64,000 nucleotides of DNA from Muribaculaceae bacterium (GTDB lineage Bacteria; Bacteroidota; Bacteroidia; Bacteroidales; Muribaculaceae). Of this stretch, positions 10,290 through 17,440 are shown one piece after another. Below the pieces are notes generated by a model that was not told the origin of the DNA, did no database searches, and saw nothing but the letters and a program-made list of their open reading frames with translations. The translations under genes were made by a program, and so were the position numbers. Location: positions 5,225 to 69,224 of the forward strand of contig JAFLTV010000004.1 of NCBI GenBank assembly GCA_022509105.1, read 5' to 3'. Each line of letters opens with the position of its first letter. Positions within the stretch are counted from its first letter, which is position 1.

Positions 10290-12914
10290 ATGAATTTAAT
10301 AATAAAACATACATACAAGATTCTTGCAACGGCTGTTGTTCTAATTCTTTCGGGATGTGCAGATAACGCACTTTATCCTGAGGATAAAAATAAAGAGGGA
10401 GACGGCAACCTTATTGAAGCTATAATTCACTTGGAATATGAGGTGCCCGAAGCTGAAGAAAGGACAAGAAGTGACGAAATGGGAAATACGGATATAACTT
10501 CAATCTGGGTTGGAGTTTATGATATAGAGACCGGTAACAGAGTAGGTTCCTCTTTCAATACTTCCAATTTATCTTCCGGTAAAGTAGCAGTGCCGGTTAT
10601 ATATTATGACGCGCATCCGGATGTAGTGATTGTCGGTGTGGCGAATTATAATGCCCATGATGATGTATTCAGGGATTGGAATGGAAACACTATGGAAAGC
10701 TGTCTTAAAGAGGCTGATACATGGGAAAAATTCATGAATATAAACGTGAAATGTCCCACCACAGATCAAGGTGTACCGAAGCCTGTTACAGATTATCAGC
10801 AAATCATGACAGGACTTCTAACCTCTCCGGATAGCAAGAGACCGTTCTTTAAAAAGAAAGAAAATGGTGGAGTCGACATTTCAAATGCCACCGGTTGTGA
10901 AGTAACTCTGACCTCAACCACATATGGTAGTATGATCAAGGAGATTACCGGAAGGAAAATCTATTTCCAAAGACTATATTCAAAGGTTAATGTGGTGATC
11001 AAAACCGAAAATAATGCTGAAGTTGCCAATGTAAGTTATCGGTTGGGAAATATCCCGAAAGCAGTATATATTGCAGAGAGACCAACATTTACAGGAAATA
11101 CCAAGAACTGGAATCCATGGATAGAAAACACACCTAATTTTGCAGACACACGACTTTCGCCTAACGGCGTAAGCAATGCGGCCACAGGAGACGGCTATTA
11201 TACAGAAGAAACCTGGACATCCGCTGATAGAGATAACACCTTTACATTTTATCATTACGAAAACAAACACTGGGGATGGACTGAATCAAGCCTTCCCTAT
11301 GCTGAGAATCAGTATTATTTGAACCGAGAAGATAAGACAGGGGAGTGTATAACCCTTTTAGGGAATGGATATAACACCTATGGCTCATATTTTGTAGTTA
11401 GAATGACTATTCTCGACCGTAGTAAGAATAAATCGGCAACAGTAGAATACGTTATCCATGAAGGTAATTGCAATAACCCGAACGGAGAAGGGTCCACAAA
11501 CAATTATTGGGATTATTGTGTATTCCGCAATATGGTATATAACTATACTTTGAACGTCAACGGTAACGGTATGGTTACATATAATGTGGAAAGTGATAAT
11601 ATAAGTAACAATAAACACCATGACGGGAATTCGGGAATAATATGGACAGCAGATATAGGAAAAATTAGTACTCAGGGTTATAATGATGGTAATCCCTGGG
11701 GAGAGTTCACAGTACCTGCAGGACATAATAATATAGTCTATAGATTTTATCAATGTAATGGAGTTGATAATGCTCCTAGTGATTATATTATTAGTAATTT
11801 TTCTAAAGAGGACCTATTGAATCTAAAAGGAATGTATTGGCCTACCATTGATGAAAATACAATTTTCCAGACTCCCTCTCAATGCAGTTTGGGAAGTCTA
11901 TTCTGGTTCTTTGATCTTAATAACATTGATGAAGTATCTATTGGCTGGCCATTCCAATATTTTTCTTATGTATCTAATCATCCGGGAAGATATAGAATAC
12001 ATATGCAACCCTCTGATAAAAATGCACAATGGTTTCCGGAGGCATATAAAGTAGGATTCTATTATTATGATCCTGAAGAAGTGCGGGGTTCAAACCTTGC
12101 TGACTTTGACGGCTGCACTAAAAATGAAAGCAAAGTTTGTCACGTCTATGAATGGCAACCGGCTCAAAGACAAAAAGAAACACTATATATAACAGGAAAT
12201 CTCCCCACACAAACAAATTTACCGAATTATATTACTCCTTATATAGAGTTAGATTTTTCGAATGTTTCTTATCGTACTGATTATGATGCTAATGTGAGTA
12301 CTTTGGATTATGAAATACACGTAAAATTGAATGGTAGAGACTATACGCTTGATAGCAATAAAAAATGCACAATTCCTTTAACTGAGGTAGGTTCGGCAAC
12401 GGGATATTCGGTTTATGCAGTTTCTCTAAATTCTGTAAAATATATAAATTCGAAAGAATATGCAGTAGATAATAGTATAAGCTTCTATAATCCTTCCTGG
12501 GATTTCACACAAAAACCAGGTAATTATAATTTCAGCGGATGGACTTATGATGATTCAAAAAAGATGCATTCGTTTAAAGGGCCTCAAACATACGAATATA
12601 ATGGATTGTCATTATATTGTAGTGGAACCGGTAAAGAAATTCAATGGGATGAAGAAAGTTTAAACCTTGAAAACAGTGGAACTGGTTGCGATGTTATTTT
12701 TACCGTTTATCAGAATTGTAAAATTATAATCAAAGGAGAAAAAAAGGCCCGTCAACTCCATATTGATGGAGGGGATATTACAACGATAGATATGACGAAT
12801 CAGACGACGTCGGTTGAGATACCCGTAACTATGGGTTCTGAAACTTCCAAGCAAATTACTATTTATTACACCGGGGGTGGTGCAAGATTATATTCTATTT
12901 CAATAAGTAAATAA
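10290..12914 (+). CDS. Large tip-like pilin lipoprotein (DUF4906-like pilin core plus about 450-aa C-terminal extension) (P6)
   Basis: Lipobox LSGC; ERTR/S; IVGVAN, FQRLYSKV and FTFYHYENKH motifs; the VFRNMVYNYTLNV motif lies mid-protein and is followed by extra domains. Confidence 0.75.
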   Translation: MNLIIKHTYKILATAVVLILSGCADNALYPEDKNKEGDGNLIEAIIHLEYEVPEAEERTRSDEMGNTDITSIWVGVYDIETGNRVGSSFNTSNLSSGKVAVPVIYYDAHPDVVIVGVANYNAHDDVFRDWNGNTMESCLKEADTWEKFMNINVKCPTTDQGVPKPVTDYQQIMTGLLTSPDSKRPFFKKKENGGVDISNATGCEVTLTSTTYGSMIKEITGRKIYFQRLYSKVNVVIKTENNAEVANVSYRLGNIPKAVYIAERPTFTGNTKNWNPWIENTPNFADTRLSPNGVSNAATGDGYYTEETWTSADRDNTFTFYHYENKHWGWTESSLPYAENQYYLNREDKTGECITLLGNGYNTYGSYFVVRMTILDRSKNKSATVEYVIHEGNCNNPNGEGSTNNYWDYCVFRNMVYNYTLNVNGNGMVTYNVESDNISNNKHHDGNSGIIWTADIGKISTQGYNDGNPWGEFTVPAGHNNIVYRFYQCNGVDNAPSDYIISNFSKEDLLNLKGMYWPTIDENTIFQTPSQCSLGSLFWFFDLNNIDEVSIGWPFQYFSYVSNHPGRYRIHMQPSDKNAQWFPEAYKVGFYYYDPEEVRGSNLADFDGCTKNESKVCHVYEWQPAQRQKETLYITGNLPTQTNLPNYITPYIELDFSNVSYRTDYDANVSTLDYEIHVKLNGRDYTLDSNKKCTIPLTEVGSATGYSVYAVSLNSVKYINSKEYAVDNSISFYNPSWDFTQKPGNYNFSGWTYDDSKKMHSFKGPQTYEYNGLSLYCSGTGKEIQWDEESLNLENSGTGCDVIFTVYQNCKIIIKGEKKARQLHIDGGDITTIDMTNQTTSVEIPVTMGSETSKQITIYYTGGGARLYSISISK

Positions 12915-12937
12915 GTAATGATTTTCATTTTATTATT

Positions 12938-14788
12938 ATGATGAAAATTAAATATATATTGATTGCTCTGATAGGTTTTCTTATTGCTTGCAGCGATGAG
13001 AATGTCATTGAGAGGGGTGAAATCGACCGGGATAATAGCGACGGAGGAGTTTATCTGAATTTCCGGATACTCACTACGGATAACGATTTTACCCGTGCAG
13101 ATAACGGTTTTGACGAATCAGGAGACGATACCACTGTCGGAGGAGATTATGATAATAACGGTTTTGACGAATCGGGAGACGACACCACTGTCGGAGGAGG
13201 TTATGATACCGGTACGGCAGATGAAAGTGCTGTGAAAAATGGCCGGATTTATATCTTCGAAGGAGCGACTGAAGCGGAAGCTGTCTGCGTTGCTTATGGC
13301 GAGATTGGAGAAAAAAATACAACTTTGGAGAATTCAGGATATCTTTCGGTGAAGAATCTGGAGTGCAGAAACGTAAAGATAAACGCTTTTGAGTCAGAGT
13401 TTGACTTTGATGATTCCGCAACTTATTATGCATTAGTGCTCCTTAATGTAAATAACGAGGCTGTTTATCCTGAAGAAGGAGAAAAATTTACAGATTGGGC
13501 GAAAGATCCTTTGGAGAATTCCATGTTGCTGAATAAAGACGGAAATACTTATATCACGATGTCAAATGCAACGGGAATGTACAGCAGCACGGGAAGCGAG
13601 AGTTTTGCACCGACAACTTTAGCTAAGATTGATAACAGTGATTTCTCGAATAAAAAGAATAATAATTCTGAAATCAAAACCATGATTTTCGTGCAGAGGA
13701 ATGTAGCAAAATTGTTGGTTAATGCTAGAGATGTATTAAACCCCGGAGGCTATAATGCAAAAAAAGTTGAAATCGGAGATTTTAAAGTTCAGGTAAGTTT
13801 GGCAGGCTGGAGAATAGAAGTAGCAAATACGAAAACTTATCCTGTTATGAACATTGATGGGATAAATTGGGAAAAAAAAGAATTCATGAAATCCGGTTTT
13901 CTAAATACGACGAGTGTAGGATATTACGATAGGGTTTTCTGGGCAAAGGATCCGAACTATGGAGATGAAACTCTAACACAATCGGATTTTTCCAATCCTA
14001 ATTCCTCGTATGAAATAAATAAACCGGGTTATTGCTTAGAGAATACAATGGACTATGACTGCATGCTTCAAGGACAGACCACACGGATTGTAGTAACGGC
14101 GCGCTGGCAATTTGAATACGCTGATGAAAAGCTTGGTACATATATTTCCGGTAATGGTTCTATACCTCCAGAGTGTAAATTTAATTCAGAAGGTTATGAT
14201 AAAGGTATATTTTATAAAATAGACTCAAAGGATTATTTCTGGTGTCAACATCATATGGAGGAGGAAATAAAAAAGATTGTAGAAAATCCTACCATAACAT
14301 GGACAAAATTCGAAGATGGCCAAGGGGGTTATTATAATCTGAGAGAGATCGTAACTGTAAAAATAGGAGATAGGGAGATTTCCAAGGCCTTGTATGACAA
14401 GATAGCGAACTCAATCGGTCTTTCAAATTCAACAGCCCGGGAGATGGGGGTTTATGAAAACTGCCGTTGTTATTACGTAATCCGGATTCCCCATTTCAAC
14501 GGAGCAACACAGACTCCATGGGATAGCCAGAAGGAAGTGACCGGCAGGGAAAGAGACGGCGAAAAGATAGCAGACTATAATGAATCGCATTTAGGACGTT
14601 GGGGAATCTTGAGAAATGTCTTTTATGAAGTGATAGTAAAAGAGATACATCATTTGGGCAGCCCGATGATACCTCCGATTACGGATGATGACACAGACGA
14701 CATGCCGGATCAAGACTGGCTCAGCATCGAGGTAAAGGGTCTGCCATGGCGATATGTACACCAAGGCTCCTTTACTTTAGGCGAATAA
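12938..14788 (+). CDS. Mfa1-family type V pilin lipoprotein (P7)
   Basis: Lipobox LIAC followed by SDE; FTR/A; ITMSNA, FVQRNVAK, FWAKDPNY and YCLENT motifs; C-terminal WGILRNVFYEV...GSPMIP...LPWRYVHQ. Confidence 0.88.
   Translation: MMKIKYILIALIGFLIACSDENVIERGEIDRDNSDGGVYLNFRILTTDNDFTRADNGFDESGDDTTVGGDYDNNGFDESGDDTTVGGGYDTGTADESAVKNGRIYIFEGATEAEAVCVAYGEIGEKNTTLENSGYLSVKNLECRNVKINAFESEFDFDDSATYYALVLLNVNNEAVYPEEGEKFTDWAKDPLENSMLLNKDGNTYITMSNATGMYSSTGSESFAPTTLAKIDNSDFSNKKNNNSEIKTMIFVQRNVAKLLVNARDVLNPGGYNAKKVEIGDFKVQVSLAGWRIEVANTKTYPVMNIDGINWEKKEFMKSGFLNTTSVGYYDRVFWAKDPNYGDETLTQSDFSNPNSSYEINKPGYCLENTMDYDCMLQGQTTRIVVTARWQFEYADEKLGTYISGNGSIPPECKFNSEGYDKGIFYKIDSKDYFWCQHHMEEEIKKIVENPTITWTKFEDGQGGYYNLREIVTVKIGDREISKALYDKIANSIGLSNSTAREMGVYENCRCYYVIRIPHFNGATQTPWDSQKEVTGRERDGEKIADYNESHLGRWGILRNVFYEVIVKEIHHLGSPMIPPITDDDTDDMPDQDWLSIEVKGLPWRYVHQGSFTLGE
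13101..13208 (+). repeat. 54-bp in-frame tandem duplication with 3 mismatches
   Basis: 13101-13154 versus 13155-13208; encodes NGFDESGDDTTVGG(D/G)YD twice. Confidence 0.95.
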
Positions 14789-14813
14789 TCAAAAGCTCAT
14801 AAACAGCTCCACC

Positions 14814-16373
14814 ATGAATTTACCGGAACTCAAATATCCAATAGGCCAGCAGGATTTCGCATCAATAATAAGCGACGGCTATATTTATGTGGATAAAACG
14901 GCGCTGATTTACCGACTCGTCAGGAGCGGTAAATATTTCTTTCTTGCACGACCGCGACGTTTCGGTAAAAGCTTGCTGCTGTCTACTATCCGTTATTATT
15001 TTGAAGGCCGGAAGGAGCTTTTCAAGGGATTGAAGATCCGGTATCTTGAAATTCTTTGGGATTCGCATCCGGTGCTTCATCTGCAATTATCACGCGTGGA
15101 CCCCAATTCTCCCTTATCGCTTGAAAGCACATTAAACCAGCAATTCAGCCGTTGGGAAAAGAGATACGGAATTGCCAATTCAGAGGAGGACCTTACGACC
15201 CGATTCGTAAACATTATCCAGGGAGCATTCGAAAAAACAGGACGGAGGGTAGTCGTGCTCATTGACGAGTATGACAATCCCTTGATAAACACCATAGGCA
15301 ACCGGGAACTTTATGAGAAAAACAGATCACTTCTCAAATCGATATATGTTTGCTTAAAGGATCTTGACGAATATATCCGTTTCGGCATGTTGACAGGAGT
15401 GAGCCGTTTCAGCAGCCTCTCAATCTTTAGCGGGCTCAATAATCTAAGGGATATAACTTTCGATGCCCGGTTTTCCGCTCTTTGCGGTTTCACAGAGGAA
15501 GAGATTCAGTCTACTTTGGGAGAAGGATTGAAAAAGCTGTCGGAATCCATGCAAATTCACCCGGAAGATGCTATAAAACTATTGAAGGAGAATTATGACG
15601 GATATCACTTCTCGGAAGACCTTACGGATATCTACAATCCCTTCAGCTTGCTTAATTGTCTGGATTCTTGCAAGATAGAAAACTATTGGTTTAGAAGCGG
15701 AACTCCCACTTTTTTAATAAAAGCATTATCTGAAAACAGGGAATCGTTTTCCCGCATATTCAATGCAGACGCCACATCAATAGAATTGGCCACAAACGAC
15801 GTAGCTTTCGACGACCCCGTGTCGTTATTGTTTCAAACGGGGTATCTAACAATAAAAAGATATGACCCTTCAACAAACATGTATCGGCTTGGCGTGCCAA
15901 ATTTAGAGGTAGACAGGAGTCTTTTCCTATATCTTCTTGCCGGCTATTCCCATGTCAGGGATACAGAAAATCTCAGACTGGTTCATTTAATGGCTGATGC
16001 TTTAGAAAAAGGTGAACCTGAAGAGTTTATAGAGGTTTTAAAGAGTGTCTTGGCTCCGATATCCTATCGCCTGAATGGAAAGATGACAGAATTGGATTTC
16101 GAAAGAACAATGTTTGTTATCCTTCATCTTTTGGGTCTGGAAGTGACCACGGAGTTGGAAACCTCTCAAGGGCGCATAGACTTGGTTGTGAAGACAAAAG
16201 ACTTTGTCTACATTATAGAGCTTAAACTTGATAAGACAGCCGAAGAGGCATTGCAGCAAATTAACAGCAGGGACTACACTTTACAATGGGAGAAGGGTAA
16301 CAGAAAAGTTTTTAAGGTCGGGATAAGTTTTTCATCAGTAACCCGTAACATATCATCATATTTAATTCAATAA
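14814..16373 (+). CDS. AAA-ATPase-like protein with C-terminal PD-(D/E)XK nuclease domain (Bacteroidales AAA-ATPase_like + PDDEXK_9 type)
   Basis: YPIG.QDF..I...YIYVDKT N-terminus, Walker A RPRRFGKS, Walker B LIDEYD, YNPFS motif, and GRIDLVV...YIIELK nuclease motif. Confidence 0.9.
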   Translation: MNLPELKYPIGQQDFASIISDGYIYVDKTALIYRLVRSGKYFFLARPRRFGKSLLLSTIRYYFEGRKELFKGLKIRYLEILWDSHPVLHLQLSRVDPNSPLSLESTLNQQFSRWEKRYGIANSEEDLTTRFVNIIQGAFEKTGRRVVVLIDEYDNPLINTIGNRELYEKNRSLLKSIYVCLKDLDEYIRFGMLTGVSRFSSLSIFSGLNNLRDITFDARFSALCGFTEEEIQSTLGEGLKKLSESMQIHPEDAIKLLKENYDGYHFSEDLTDIYNPFSLLNCLDSCKIENYWFRSGTPTFLIKALSENRESFSRIFNADATSIELATNDVAFDDPVSLLFQTGYLTIKRYDPSTNMYRLGVPNLEVDRSLFLYLLAGYSHVRDTENLRLVHLMADALEKGEPEEFIEVLKSVLAPISYRLNGKMTELDFERTMFVILHLLGLEVTTELETSQGRIDLVVKTKDFVYIIELKLDKTAEEALQQINSRDYTLQWEKGNRKVFKVGISFSSVTRNISSYLIQ

Positions 16374-16390
16374 TTTTTTACTAAAGATTA

Positions 16391-17395
16391 ATGATTAACA
16401 TGACCATTCTCAAAAATACTTCAATTGAGAAAATGATTCATGCGTTAGGTCTTGCACTGATTCTTATCGTGGGAGGCTGTGGCTCATCTTCTTATCGGAA
16501 GGCGGAGGGGATGTTGTGGAACACGCTTTATCATATCACTTACAACGGTCCGGAAAATCTTATGGATTCTATTCTTCCGGTGTTGGATGAAGTCAGCAAA
16601 AGCCTTTCTGTTTTTGATAAAGCTTCCTTGGTGGCATTCCTGAATTCAAATGACAGTGTAAAGGTTGATGACAACCTCCGGATTGTCTATGAAAAATCAA
16701 AAGAGATAAACAGTTTGAGCAAGGGGATGTTTGATCCGACTGTATCCCCTCTGATTGATGCCTGGGGATTCGGAAAAGGTCATCAGGCTACTTCAGACAC
16801 AACCGCCATAGACAGTATCCTCAAATTTGTTGGCATAGAAAAGACCAAAATCAGAAACGGATTCCTGATTAAGGAAGACAGCAGGACACAATTTAATTTC
16901 TCAGCAATAGCCAAGGGTTATGGTTGCGATAAGGTAGGGGATATGTTCCGCAGAAACGGTGTGAACGATTTCATGATTGAAATTGGTGGAGAGATAGTAA
17001 TGTCCGGGAAAAGTCCGTCAGGAACGGACTGGAAGATATCAATAGACGCACCTACGGCAGGGGAGAACCTTGAGCATGAGTCGGTACTTGTGATTTCCTT
17101 GACAGACTGCGGCCTCGCAACATCAGGAAATTACCGGAACTTTACAATGGAGGGAGACCGGCGATTGGCCCATACGATTTCCCCGACAACAGGGAGACCT
17201 TTTTTCAGCGAGATACTTAGCGCGACGGTAATAGCCCCGACATGTATGGAAGCGGATGCCTTGGCGACCGCCTGCATGGCCTCTCCTCTTGAATCTGCAA
17301 AAGAACTTCTGATGAATTATAAAGCCGAAGGTCTCCTGATAACTGAAGATTCAGTATTGATGACCCCCGGCTTCAATAAGTTTATTGTCGAGTAA
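16391..17395 (+). CDS. apbE: FAD:protein FMN transferase (ApbE family), probable lipoprotein
   Basis: FDPTVSPL..AWGFG, SAIAKGY, EIGGE, ATSGNYRNF and ADALATA motifs; VGGC lipobox-like site. Confidence 0.92.
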   Translation: MINMTILKNTSIEKMIHALGLALILIVGGCGSSSYRKAEGMLWNTLYHITYNGPENLMDSILPVLDEVSKSLSVFDKASLVAFLNSNDSVKVDDNLRIVYEKSKEINSLSKGMFDPTVSPLIDAWGFGKGHQATSDTTAIDSILKFVGIEKTKIRNGFLIKEDSRTQFNFSAIAKGYGCDKVGDMFRRNGVNDFMIEIGGEIVMSGKSPSGTDWKISIDAPTAGENLEHESVLVISLTDCGLATSGNYRNFTMEGDRRLAHTISPTTGRPFFSEILSATVIAPTCMEADALATACMASPLESAKELLMNYKAEGLLITEDSVLMTPGFNKFIVE

Positions 17396-17440
17396 ATTTT
17401 TGAGAAGATTTCCCTCGGCCGGTCTGACCGGTTATGCGGA

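Noticed and set aside
13101-13208. Possible CRISPR-like repeat
   Set aside because: Only two adjacent copies with no spacer, in-frame within a CDS, and no cas genes.
1-14788. Diversity-generating retroelement or shufflon acting on the pilin genes
   Set aside because: I found no reverse transcriptase or recombinase, no TR/VR pair differing at adenines, and no inverted cassettes in the window. A trans-acting element elsewhere cannot be excluded.
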